Source: Candidatus Krumholzibacteriia bacterium
GTDB lineage: Bacteria; Krumholzibacteriota; Krumholzibacteriia; Krumholzibacteriales; Krumholzibacteriaceae
Direction: 5' to 3'
DNA length: 64,000 bases
Assembly (NCBI GenBank): GCA_963836185.1
Contig: CAWIIQ010000001.1
Coordinates: 1,056,001-1,120,000, forward strand
This document shows positions 46,305 to 57,607 of the stretch, piece by piece (position 1 is the stretch's first letter; each line of letters begins with the position of its first letter). The notes under the pieces are model-generated. The model made no database searches. It was given only the letters and a program-made list of their open reading frames with translations, and was not told the DNA's origin. Position numbers and translations under genes: made by a program.

Positions 46305-46445
46305 ATATAACAGTGTGTTCGCGGCTACGGGCCTTGCGGCCCTTCGCTCAGATGGCCTTTGTCACGGCGGCCGCAGAAGCGCCCGCCGCGCCAACCGGGC
46401 CTGGCGGCCCGGACGGCCACCTCGCGAACACGACCAATGTTATCC
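46305..46445 (+). repeat. attC-like site 9
   Basis: Near-identical copy. Confidence 0.9.
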
Positions 46446-46461
46446 GCAAGCGTATTATGAT

Positions 46462-46857
46462 ATGAACAAGTTCCCAGCAATATTTTTTTTGTCACTCCTT
46501 CTGGCTTCCTGCCGAGATCCTTTCGCGCATGAATGGGAAAACTTATATCAGCTCAGCGCAGATCAGATTATTCTACCCGATACTGCTCAAATATTTCAAC
46601 CGATGCAGGTCAAAGTGCAGGTTACTTTAGATACATCTAATCATAATTACAAAGACCAATATATCGAAACAACACCAGATGGCTATCTGATAGTGCTGAT
46701 TGGTGTAATAGAAGATACGAGATTTCCAGATAATGACCCGGATCCCAGAACAGAATGGCATTCTTTTAACCTTATCCCATTTAAGAAAGGAGAAGTAATC
46801 ATTGAGGGGAAACGAGTCAATTCAGAGAATCTTATTGATTCAGTGTATGTTCAGTAG
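46462..46857 (+). CDS. Cassette 10: lipoprotein family A
   Basis: LASC lipobox; PDT, EWHSF, DSVYV motifs. Confidence 0.8.
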   Translation: MNKFPAIFFLSLLLASCRDPFAHEWENLYQLSADQIILPDTAQIFQPMQVKVQVTLDTSNHNYKDQYIETTPDGYLIVLIGVIEDTRFPDNDPDPRTEWHSFNLIPFKKGEVIIEGKRVNSENLIDSVYVQ

Positions 46858-46870
46858 TGGGCACGCCTGC

Positions 46871-47010
46871 GCATAACAGAGTGTTCGCGGCTACGGCCTT
46901 CGGCCTTTCGCTCAGATGGCCTTTGTCACGGCGGCCGCTGGAGCGCCCGCCGCGCCAACCGGACTTGGCGGCCCCGGACGGCCACCTCGAAAACACGACC
47001 AACGTTATAC
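46871..47010 (+). repeat. attC-like site 10
   Basis: Near-identical copy. Confidence 0.9.
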
Positions 47011-47039
47011 GAAAGGCCGGGAAGCGATAAAAAAGAACC

Positions 47040-47075
47040 TTGACAGATATGCATATATGATGCATACTGATGCAT
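47040..47075 (+). promoter_or_regulatory. vapBC promoter/operator
   Basis: TTGACA-N17-CATACT overlapped by three ATGCAT palindromes. Confidence 0.65.
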
Positions 47076-47271
47076 ATGAGAACTACACTGAATATTGACG
47101 ATGATCTGATTCGCAAGGCAGCGAAGATGACAGGGATCAGCGAGAAGACTTCCCTGGTACGCCTCGGGCTTGAAGCATTGATCGCTCTTGAGAGCGCGAG
47201 AAGGCTAGCAGCTCTTGGCGGCACAGAGAAAGATCTTGGCCCTGATTCCTCGCAAACGAACGAGTTCGTGA
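47076..47271 (+). CDS. vapB: Cassette 11: VapB antitoxin (RHH type)
   Basis: MRTTLNIDDDL..EKTSLVRLGLEALI; apparent +1 indel fuses it to vapC. Confidence 0.85.
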
Positions 47272-47273
47272 GT

Positions 47274-47630
47274 ATGATCCTGGCTGATACATCTGTATGG
47301 ATCGATCATCTTCGCAATGGAAACAAGCGGATGGCTCTTTTTCTGAACGAAGGTGTCGTTTTGTGTCATCCTTTCATACTCGGGGAATTGGCCTGTGGGA
47401 ACCTCAAAAACAGAGCTAAAATACTCGATATGCTTGCTTCCCTTCCGACAATGCCAGTTGCAGAGCACAGTGAAGTGCTTGATTTCATTTCCCGATACAA
47501 ATTCCAAGGGAAGGGTATAGGGTGGATCGATGCCCATCTGTTGGCATCAACATTTCTGGCGAAAAGCCGAATCTGGACTCTCGACAAATCTTTACTAAAG
47601 ATAGCAAAAGACCTGAAGGTCTCAATATAG
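47274..47630 (+). CDS. vapC: Cassette 11: VapC PIN-domain toxin
   Basis: MILADTSVWIDHL, GELACG, IDAHLLAS, WTLDK. Confidence 0.9.
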   Translation: MILADTSVWIDHLRNGNKRMALFLNEGVVLCHPFILGELACGNLKNRAKILDMLASLPTMPVAEHSEVLDFISRYKFQGKGIGWIDAHLLASTFLAKSRIWTLDKSLLKIAKDLKVSI

Positions 47631-47662
47631 GGCAATCAAAAGGTTTAGTAGCCGGCCACTTC

Positions 47663-47803
47663 GTATAACAGAGTGTTCGCGGCTGCGGGCCTTGCGGCCC
47701 TTCGCTCAGATGGCCTTTGTCACGGCGGCCGCAGGAGCACCCGCCGCGCCAACCGGGCCTGGCGGCCCGGACGGCCACCTCGCGAACACGACCAATGTTA
47801 TCC
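47663..47803 (+). repeat. attC-like site 11
   Basis: Near-identical copy. Confidence 0.9.
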
Positions 47804-47820
47804 GAAAGCGCGGGATATGT

Positions 47821-48202
47821 ATGAATAAAAAAATCGCATTATCGATCCCATTACTTCTTGTAGTTGCATGTAATCTATTCAAGCCACCTGAAAAGATACA
47901 AACATGGGCTGATGTCGAACAGATTGTTGTTCCTGATACTGTTGACTATTTCGAAGCTTTCGAGATCAGCGCTGAAATTTCAATGGACCATACATGTAAG
48001 TATGTAGGTCCTGTGCTGGAAGAAACTTCTGAGGGCTGCTCCATTACCATTATCGTTGAATCTGTGGAAGTGAGCTTTCATGAAAAGGATATTTCTGAGT
48101 GGCATACCTTTACTCTGAGACCTCTCGAATTGGGATCTTACATCATCAGGGTGAAAAGTAAGAATGTGGAAGATTCTTGTTGATTCAACTTACGTTCGTT
48201 AG
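47821..48202 (+). CDS. Cassette 12: lipoprotein family A; probable frameshift near the 3' end
   Basis: VVAC lipobox; VEQIVVPDT, EWHTF; LVDSTYVR in the adjacent frame. Confidence 0.75.
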
Positions 48203-48212
48203 ATGCGCCATC

Positions 48213-48353
48213 GGATAACAGTGTGTTCGCGGCTACAGGCCTTGCGGCCTTTCGCTCAGATGGCCTTTGTCACGGCGGCCGCAGGAGCGCCCGCCGCGCC
48301 AACCGGGCCTGGGGGCCCGGACGGCCACCTCGCGAACACGACCAATGTTATGC
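48213..48353 (+). repeat. attC-like site 12
   Basis: Near-identical copy. Confidence 0.9.
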
Positions 48354-48369
48354 GAAGGCGAGGGGAACA

Positions 48370-48759
48370 ATGAAATTAGCGGTTGGAATAATTGCAATTA
48401 TCGTTATTTGCTCTTCCTGCGAAGATCCACCAGTAAAAGTATGTGACCGACCAGTAATGTTGGAAGTAGAACAGTTGATGGCTCCGGATTCTTGCAGGTT
48501 AGGTGAGCAGGCACAATTACAAGTCGAAGTAATTCTTAACGGTTCAAGTTATAGTTATTTCGGCCCCGACATTAACGACACAGATTCGGGTTGTAGAATA
48601 AGGATTATGGGAGAAAAAGATGAATGTGCACTTAACACTCCTTGCATTTGCTACGAGTGGCATTCGTTTGTTATTTCCCCCTCACAAACGGGAATATACA
48701 TAATAGAGATAATTAATTCTCAAGCTGATGATTTAGCGGATACAATAACAGTGTATTAG
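48370..48759 (+). CDS. Cassette 13: lipoprotein family A
   Basis: CSSC lipobox-like; VEQLMAPDS, EWHSF, DTITVY. Confidence 0.8.
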   Translation: MKLAVGIIAIIVICSSCEDPPVKVCDRPVMLEVEQLMAPDSCRLGEQAQLQVEVILNGSSYSYFGPDINDTDSGCRIRIMGEKDECALNTPCICYEWHSFVISPSQTGIYIIEIINSQADDLADTITVY

Positions 48760-48769
48760 CTGTGCCATC

Positions 48770-48908
48770 GGATAACAGAGTGTTCGCGGCTGCAGGCCTT
48801 CGGCCTTTCGCTCAGATGGCCTTTGTCACGACAGCCGCAGGGCGACTGCCGCGCTAACCGGGCCTGGCGGCCCGGACGGCCACCTCGCGAACACGACCAA
48901 TGTTATGT
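48770..48908 (+). repeat. attC-like site 13
   Basis: Near-identical copy. Confidence 0.9.
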
Positions 48909-48935
48909 GCAATGCTGTGCATTAATTTAAAGGGG

Positions 48936-49100
48936 ATGAAGTTGAAGAAACTATCTCTGATCATCGGAATTCTCGCATTAGCCGTTGCAATAATCATCTT
49001 CATATATGCTTCTGGTGCTAGGCGAATTTATAGCGGCCTCTTATTTATATTGATAGCTATCATCCAATTCACTTTTGCTCTTCGAAAAGGTGATAAATGA
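48936..49100 (+). CDS. Cassette 14: small two-TM protein
   Basis: Two hydrophobic helices; fills the cassette. Confidence 0.75.
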   Translation: MKLKKLSLIIGILALAVAIIIFIYASGARRIYSGLLFILIAIIQFTFALRKGDK

Positions 49101-49116
49101 TCAATAAGGGCACTGC

Positions 49117-49189
49117 ACATAACAGAGTGTTCGCGGCTGCGGGCCTTGCGGCCCGGACGGCCATCTCGCGAACACGACCAACGTTATGC
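49117..49189 (+). repeat. attC-like site 14 (short, internal deletion)
   Basis: 73 bp; both arms intact, central ~67 bp missing. Confidence 0.85.
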
Positions 49190-49235
49190 GAAAAGCCGCA
49201 GACGTTAAAACCTACCCCTGGGAGGAGATGATGTG

Positions 49236-49692
49236 ATGTTGAAATCAGGAATGTTCATCATTGCCGCTGTTTTTTTTATTCTCGCTCCTTATTTCTTGTG
49301 AGGATGAAGAAGGCATCATTTGTGGGGGAGAGTGCCTTTATCATGAGATACCAGGCACAGCATCTATTATTTCTGTTACTGATATTGATGGATCTACCTA
49401 TTGTGGAGATCCTGTCGAGGTGATTTACAACTTTACTCCAGATGATCCAAGCGATATTGATCCAGACTATTTGACGATTTGGCCACTCGATAATATTTAC
49501 TACAAGATAGGTCAAAACAATCCGCCACGAAGATGGGTTGAAACGCATGGACTTCTGGCAGGAACAGACCATCCATGTACAAGATTTAGGATTTACAAGG
49601 GATCTTGTGTGCCTGTTGGATACAATTTTGATGGCATAGATGATTACAGTGTCTCTGATTCATGTGATGTATGGGAGCAAGAGATACCATAA
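49236..49692 (+). CDS. Cassette 15: lipoprotein family B; poly-T frameshift near the start
   Basis: GGAGGAG RBS; LISC lipobox; GTASIISV, FTPDDPS, PPRRWV, DSCDVW. Confidence 0.75.
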
Positions 49693-49716
49693 GTAAACTT
49701 GATTACTGCGACCACC

Positions 49717-49847
49717 GCATAACAGAGGCATTTGCGTACTCGCCTGGCTTCGCCAGAACTAGGCTGTCACGGCCGTTGCAATTTGAGTGCATGATGATAG
49801 ATAAATAGGGGATTGCGGCTGCGCCGCGAATGCTCACAATGTTATAC
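49717..49847 (+). repeat. attC-like site 15 (divergent, compensated stem)
   Basis: GCATAACAGAG-GCATTTGCG...CGCGAATGC-TCACAATGTTATAC. Confidence 0.8.
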
Positions 49848-49875
49848 GGCATGCAGTTCATGGCAGGGGAATAAA

Positions 49876-50418
49876 TTGATCCATATAGTATTTGATCTCG
49901 AAGCTACCTGCTGGGAACAGGGCACAACGCCGAGTCGAATGGAAATTATTGAAATTGGGGCCACAAGGCTGCACCCTGATACATACGAAATCGATAGTGT
50001 GTTCTCTACCTTTGTGCGACCTGTCGAGGAACCTGAGCTAAGCGACTTCTGCAAGAACCTAACATCCATCCAACAAACTGACGTCGATCTTGCGCCTGTT
50101 TTTCCCGAGGCGATGGATATGTTCTTTGCCTGGATTGATGCTAGTGAAGTTACCTTTTATTCCTGGGGCTACTATGATATCAAGCAGATCCGAATGGATT
50201 ACCAGCGTCATGGAAATTCTGAGCCGGCGGCATTCAGTAGCCACGTTAATTTGAAGAAGCTATTTTCTGAGATCTATGGCAGGAAGCCTTGTGGAATGCG
50301 GAAGGCTCTAAATATACTTGGGTTGGGGCATGAAGGGACGCATCATAGGGGTGTGGATGATGCAAAGAACATTTCCAGGATCGCTAAAGTAATTCTTCCG
50401 GAATATTATGGCTCCTGA
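49876..50418 (+). CDS. Cassette 16: DEDDh 3'-5' exonuclease (ERI-1/KapD-like)
   Basis: FDLEATC, EIIEIGA, LTSI, SWGYYD, HHRGVDDA. Confidence 0.88.
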   Translation: MIHIVFDLEATCWEQGTTPSRMEIIEIGATRLHPDTYEIDSVFSTFVRPVEEPELSDFCKNLTSIQQTDVDLAPVFPEAMDMFFAWIDASEVTFYSWGYYDIKQIRMDYQRHGNSEPAAFSSHVNLKKLFSEIYGRKPCGMRKALNILGLGHEGTHHRGVDDAKNISRIAKVILPEYYGS

Positions 50419-50465
50419 AGACCTGAGTATTGGGGAACTGGACTTTGAATAGGTGGCTGCACGCC

Positions 50466-50525
50466 GGATAACAGTGTGTTCGCGGCTGCAGGCTCAGGCG
50501 GCCACCTCGCGAGCATAAGCAATTG
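50466..50525 (+). repeat. attC-like site 16 (eroded, terminal)
   Basis: GGATAACAGTGTGTTCGCGG...CACCTCGCGAGCAT, no GTTA. Confidence 0.75.
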
Positions 50526-50639
50526 AAGCCTTGTATTTCAATTGCTGTACGATATACTTTGCCGGGCGAAGTACTCTATTACAGGTATCCAGTCAGATAT
50601 GCATATCAATGGCAGCGCTATACAGGAGTTGAAATATAG

Positions 50640-52859
<2,220 letters not shown>

Positions 52860-52939
52860 AAGGAAAGATTAAGGTATCGATTAGTTTAATAGATGCTCAT
52901 GAGGTCAGGAAAATCCTAAATCTCTTTCAGGAGAGGGGT

Positions 52940-53362
52940 ATGAAAGAATTCTATGTAATTGTCTTTTGTGGCTTAATCCTGCCATTTATACCTTCCTGTG
53001 GTTGTGATTCCATGCAGGTCGAAGGAACAGCCAAGATTCTTTCTGTTACAGTGATAGATACCCTGACAGAATGTGGTGGTCTGGCTGAAGTGCGTTTTGA
53101 TTTTATTCCAGATGATCCGTCGATGACTCAGGAAACCAGATTGAGCATGTACCAGACGACAGATGTAAAGTGGAGAGTGCTGTATTACGAGTATCCCCCG
53201 AAGAAATGGTTGGATTTAGTCGGTGTAACTGAGGGATCTGAGCAAAGATGCAGTTTTGAGTGCTATTGGGGTGGAGGTTGTGGAGGATGGAACTGGGATT
53301 TCCTCGATGTCTCTGAGGAGTCAGCGATCGATTCATGTGAGGTATGGGAGGGAGAGGAGTAG
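52940..53362 (+). CDS. Lipoprotein family B member outside the array
   Basis: GTAKILSV, FIPDDPS, PPKKWL, DSCEVW. Confidence 0.75.
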   Translation: MKEFYVIVFCGLILPFIPSCGCDSMQVEGTAKILSVTVIDTLTECGGLAEVRFDFIPDDPSMTQETRLSMYQTTDVKWRVLYYEYPPKKWLDLVGVTEGSEQRCSFECYWGGGCGGWNWDFLDVSEESAIDSCEVWEGEE

Positions 53363-53365
53363 GGC

Positions 53366-53782
53366 TTGTTTAAAATCGTAGTAGTTTTCATCTTATTCGT
53401 TACTCTTTTTCCCGGATGTTCTGAGGAGAGTGTAGCTCCTGAACCAGGGGGCGCTATTGACGATCCTTGCAGAGGGAACAATCCTCCTGCAATTGAAGCT
53501 CTGCCTGACACATTCGTAGCACTCGGTGATACGATCTGGCTGTACGCCGTCGGGCACGATCCTGATCATGACGAGATTCATTTCCTCAGCAGCTGCAACA
53601 ATATAACATGGGCACAATTGCAGTCTGGAGATCTGCCGATATTTGGAGTAAACGCTAAAACAGGAGTGTTCAGATTTGTGCCGCGATCTTACGATGATCC
53701 CTACAGGGTATTCGAGGTCTGGGCCGCGGATTCCTGTGACGCTATTAATTCCTCGGAATTCACTATTCAAGTTACGCAATAG
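53366..53782 (+). CDS. Lipoprotein with Ig/cadherin-like region
   Basis: FPGC lipobox-like; NNPP, DPDHD motifs. Confidence 0.7.
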   Translation: MFKIVVVFILFVTLFPGCSEESVAPEPGGAIDDPCRGNNPPAIEALPDTFVALGDTIWLYAVGHDPDHDEIHFLSSCNNITWAQLQSGDLPIFGVNAKTGVFRFVPRSYDDPYRVFEVWAADSCDAINSSEFTIQVTQ

Positions 53783-53861
53783 AATATATAGACTCACAAA
53801 ATCTGTAGGACAATGCGGAAATACCACTTGTCAGAATCTGTGATGACGGTATTTTCAAGGT

Positions 53862-54476
53862 ATGAAGAGAAACATTGCTATATTGCTTTTTCTCCTCGCG
53901 ATCACATCCCCACTCAGAATCAATGCTGAAGTCCTGGGCACGGCGCAATACACCATGTCCTTTGCTAATTTTGGATATATTGATTCGATGCCGTTGCTGC
54001 TCGAACTTCATATAAAGATGTTTAATTTGACTCCTCTTGATGGAGAATCAACTGGTGAGATATGTACGATACCTTTCGAGGCACATCTGGATTCGACCGA
54101 TGTCGATACGGTTCTTGTGGCGAATGAGGGAGTCTGGTGGACGGAACGTGCTAAAGAACTTTTAACCAATGATCATTCGGAGGGTATTGGAATAGGGTGC
54201 TACCTGGTATGGCCAAGCGGTGGAATCGGCGGCTTCTGGTTCTATGATCCTGAGCAAGAAGCCTTTCTGCTCAATAGTGCGGACTTTCACGGAGCGACGA
54301 TCACTGGTATTTCCCTCAGAGTCGATGAAATATCATTTGATATCATCGATGGGCATATTGGAGAACTGGTTGATGTGTACTGCCGTGCGACATTGATCGT
54401 TGAGGGCAGTTGGAACAATAATGTCGCGACCGAAGAATCCTCATGGGGATATATCAAAACGATCCCTTCTCAATAG
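53862..54476 (+). CDS. Secreted protein with SWGYIK tail
   Basis: Signal peptide; ends ATEESSWGYIKTIPSQ. Confidence 0.75.
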   Translation: MKRNIAILLFLLAITSPLRINAEVLGTAQYTMSFANFGYIDSMPLLLELHIKMFNLTPLDGESTGEICTIPFEAHLDSTDVDTVLVANEGVWWTERAKELLTNDHSEGIGIGCYLVWPSGGIGGFWFYDPEQEAFLLNSADFHGATITGISLRVDEISFDIIDGHIGELVDVYCRATLIVEGSWNNNVATEESSWGYIKTIPSQ

Positions 54477-54530
54477 ACACCAGTCATATTCAATGCTTAT
54501 AATGCTGTCCGTTATACTAGCGGAGGTTAT

Positions 54531-55013
54531 ATGAAGCGAATCCTGGTTATTCTTGCGGTCGTAGTAGTTGTTGTTGTTTCGTGTTCCGATGATGATTCCA
54601 TTACTGCGCCGGAACCATGCACTCCATTCTTTTCTGCAGAGTCTCTTCAAGTCGTGGTGGAGTATATATATTTACCGCTTCTTGACGTATGGGTGTGGGG
54701 CGCTAAAGCAACATACAAATATGAACTTTATGGATGCAGCGGGAAGATTCACACGCATGAGTTTGTCTTTAGTGAGCCGGGCGAGACACTTACTGTTCAT
54801 GACAATACTATCGCCGATTGTTTTGAGCCGATAGATATACAACTCGACAAGACTGCAAGAGTGTCGACTACGGACGATCTGTTTGCTGGATTTGACAGTG
54901 TGACGGTATTTTTCACCCTGAGAGGACTTCACCAGCAATGTTATAGCGGCGCTGTGGACAGCATCGCACCTATAATATGGAGCAATACAGTTCGCGCGGA
55001 AGTATTAGATTAG
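54531..55013 (+). CDS. Hypothetical lipoprotein
   Basis: GGAGG RBS; VVSC lipobox. Confidence 0.75.
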   Translation: MKRILVILAVVVVVVVSCSDDDSITAPEPCTPFFSAESLQVVVEYIYLPLLDVWVWGAKATYKYELYGCSGKIHTHEFVFSEPGETLTVHDNTIADCFEPIDIQLDKTARVSTTDDLFAGFDSVTVFFTLRGLHQQCYSGAVDSIAPIIWSNTVRAEVLD

Positions 55014-55034
55014 AGTCGAACCGGACGATTATCC

Positions 55035-55277
55035 ATGACCAGGAGTAGAGAGAAGAGAGTGATGTACAGGATCTTAATCGCTATAGTAGTTTTAGTCTCG
55101 ATTGCTTCATGTACGGGAACTGCCGGGGACAGCTCGAAGGAGAAGCTGACTCAGCGTGAGAGGGACAGTATCCTCGCTGAGACCGATCTTCCGGGAGCGG
55201 GCGTCGTCGGAAAAGCTATCGAAGCGTCAGATTCCTCAGCCGCGAGAGCCAGGAGGCTTGATGAGCAGTCTGACTAG
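55035..55277 (+). CDS. Small lipoprotein
   Basis: IASC lipobox. Confidence 0.65.
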   Translation: MTRSREKRVMYRILIAIVVLVSIASCTGTAGDSSKEKLTQRERDSILAETDLPGAGVVGKAIEASDSSAARARRLDEQSD

Positions 55278-55307
55278 TCATGGCCGGGCTCAGGGGCATA
55301 CCCAACT

Positions 55308-55907
55308 ATGAAAAATGCCGCTATTTCTTTCATCCTGATGGTCAGCCTCGTTTTCGGCTGTTCCAGGCCCTATTCGGAACTGGACCTTCCGTATGAAGAC
55401 GAGACGGAAAAGGAAGATTACGCTGTATATTCGGAAAGTATCGAGTATGTCTACCTGCGCAATCTGGTATCGCACAATAAACGAGATGTCAAATCTATCG
55501 TAGTCATCTCGCAGACTGATGAACTCAACGAGTACTGGAAGAACAAGTTTATCAGCGAGCTCGAGGACGAAGGCATACAGGAAGAAGTGATCGAAGCCTG
55601 GAGGACGGAAAACAATTCTGTAATTCTTCTCCAGAGGAAATTTGATTTTGATTACGAATACTTCATCGTTAACAGAGATGAGCTCGATGAATACGGATCC
55701 GAACATTTCTTCAGTGAGTTTTACAAGCGATATCCTGATTCGAACGGGCTGATCTCGGTCTCCAGGATCGGATATGACGAAACGAGGACTACAGCGCTGA
55801 TCCACGTGATACACAGCTTCGGTACGCTCGGAGCGAGATACTACTTTCTTGTGCTGCAAAAGAGTGCTGGTGGATGGGATGTGGTTCGGAGGATCTCTAC
55901 CGGGTAA
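55308..55907 (+). CDS. Hypothetical lipoprotein
   Basis: VFGC lipobox. Confidence 0.7.
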   Translation: MKNAAISFILMVSLVFGCSRPYSELDLPYEDETEKEDYAVYSESIEYVYLRNLVSHNKRDVKSIVVISQTDELNEYWKNKFISELEDEGIQEEVIEAWRTENNSVILLQRKFDFDYEYFIVNRDELDEYGSEHFFSEFYKRYPDSNGLISVSRIGYDETRTTALIHVIHSFGTLGARYYFLVLQKSAGGWDVVRRISTG

Positions 55908-56355
55908 TCAGGTATCAGTCTCGATACTGCCACACAGTCTGCGTGAACAGAAAGTTCATATCAAAAAAAAGTGAGGGAATATAAGGGTTGCGGGCTCATA
56001 TCCCCTCAGTGCCGATTCGGATTGCAATCAAGGTTGACAGCAGAGCAACCATGCTTATCAAGGATACGTTTCCTGCCATATTTAATGACTTATTTACCGT
56101 ATCCTGAAGTCCCGTTAAGGGCTCTTCTCATTAATAATAAATATGTGTAGCTGCTGCCTCCTCGGTTGAGAGCCTGTCGACATTCAAAGTATAACCGGAT
56201 ATCTGAATCTGTCCAGACCGGTACTGGATATCGGCTGGATTGACAAACGTTCCGGCAGTGATATACTGATAGCGTCTGGTTGACCGGGGGAACTGCCTGT
56301 CAGGCTCTGATGGCATCGCTTCCATTTATCATACCGAACGAACGAGTAACGTATT

Positions 56356-56913
56356 ATGCATATACTTTCCATCTTCATGTTTTTCATGTTCCTGTACTGG
56401 TTGAGCAACAGGCTCAGCCGGCCTGCTCCAAAGCCGTTCATGGAGCCATGGCACAGAGGTGTTTCCACGGAGGAACTGGTAAGGCTGTACGATTCCTGTG
56501 ACATCCTGGTCTTCGGGCGAATCGAAAATCTCGAGAACATGGACGTCGAAAGGTATGTCATGGGAGCAAGACATAGATTCGTCGAGGTCCATCTCGAAGT
56601 CAGGGTGGCGCTGCCACAGGATTTGAAGGATTCTGACGCAGTGATCAATTCGTGTTATTTCACACGGCAGGGAGACTTGAGCGGAGGGAGTAAAGGAGTC
56701 GGAGTCTATCCAGGGCTGAATGATAAGATCTGCCTCGGGTTGTTTATGAATTCGGTTAAAAACGGTGTTCATTATCTCGGGTCGAACAATCCCTTTTACC
56801 TGATCAGCGATGATAAATGGATGCCGTACGCAAGAAGGCAATGGATAGACCTTATCCCCGCGGACAGACCTCTCACGTGCGATTTTACTGATTCAGGCTC
56901 CAGCATCAACTAG
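56356..56913 (+). CDS. Hypothetical protein with N-terminal TM
   Basis: ORF with hydrophobic start. Confidence 0.5.
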   Translation: MHILSIFMFFMFLYWLSNRLSRPAPKPFMEPWHRGVSTEELVRLYDSCDILVFGRIENLENMDVERYVMGARHRFVEVHLEVRVALPQDLKDSDAVINSCYFTRQGDLSGGSKGVGVYPGLNDKICLGLFMNSVKNGVHYLGSNNPFYLISDDKWMPYARRQWIDLIPADRPLTCDFTDSGSSIN

Positions 56914-57051
56914 AGATAACCATTCATTTTTCAACCAGGCACAACTTTCAGTAGTAATTCCAGCCGGAATATCGTACAAATTCCCAAGATATTGAAACTA
57001 ATGAATATCCGTTCTGATTGCGTTACGGAATCATCGACGAAAGGAGCCTTG

Positions 57052-57495
57052 ATGGCCTGCCCGGAATGTTACAGCAACGACCCGCGAGTGACACCTATTC
57101 TCGACCCGGAAAGTTGCCTGATGACTCACGCACAGTATGTCTGCTCGACTTGTGGGAGATGTATCTGCGCGGAAGCTGATGCCCAGAACAAGTACAGGAT
57201 CAAATATCCGTTCAATTCGCTGGAGATCGCCAAATTGTACCTCAGAGCCGCTGAAGCGATCTATGGCGGACCGTGCGAGATCTACGAGATCGAATACTCG
57301 AATGGCAGGCTCCTGTACAAGATATTCCACACAAAAGAGGATTTGGAATCATACCTGAAGAAAAATACGATGCAGAGCTGTCCGACAGGTAAACCTCTTT
57401 TTACTACTCCCTCGTATAAACCACATGACAAGAGCCAGGTAAGAAACCTCCGTACCGGTGAGATAGCAAAATATCTCGAGGAAAAGAAAGGATAG
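57052..57495 (+). CDS. Hypothetical Cys-rich (zinc-binding) protein
   Basis: CPEC, CSTCGRCIC; AAGGAG RBS. Confidence 0.7.
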   Translation: MACPECYSNDPRVTPILDPESCLMTHAQYVCSTCGRCICAEADAQNKYRIKYPFNSLEIAKLYLRAAEAIYGGPCEIYEIEYSNGRLLYKIFHTKEDLESYLKKNTMQSCPTGKPLFTTPSYKPHDKSQVRNLRTGEIAKYLEEKKG

Positions 57496-57607
57496 CGCGG
57501 AAAGGTCCAGAAGAATCACGAGATCAATCTCAATGATTTCAGAAATACAGCTTCAAGATAAGTTAAAAACTGTTTTACGACAGCCGTAATTCATTTAGAT
57601 TATAGAT

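Larger units (their letters stand above)
35818..50525 (+). mobile_element. Integron-like element: recombinase, attI and 16-cassette array
   Basis: 16 related palindromic repeats each following a single gene or short segment; AT-rich cargo; all co-oriented. Confidence 0.92.

Noticed and set aside
37190-48369. Recurrent ORF-track peptides (MFAAAGLRP..., MAFVTAAAG..., MVVFARWPSG...) and N-terminal extensions of cassette genes
   Set aside because: These are translations of the GC-rich, stop-poor repeat; real starts with RBS or signal peptides lie downstream.
37255-50525. Repeat array as CRISPR, REP or MITE elements
   Set aside because: Repeats are ~140 bp and separated by whole genes; there are no cas genes or target duplications; cassette-specific end complementarity fits recombination sites.
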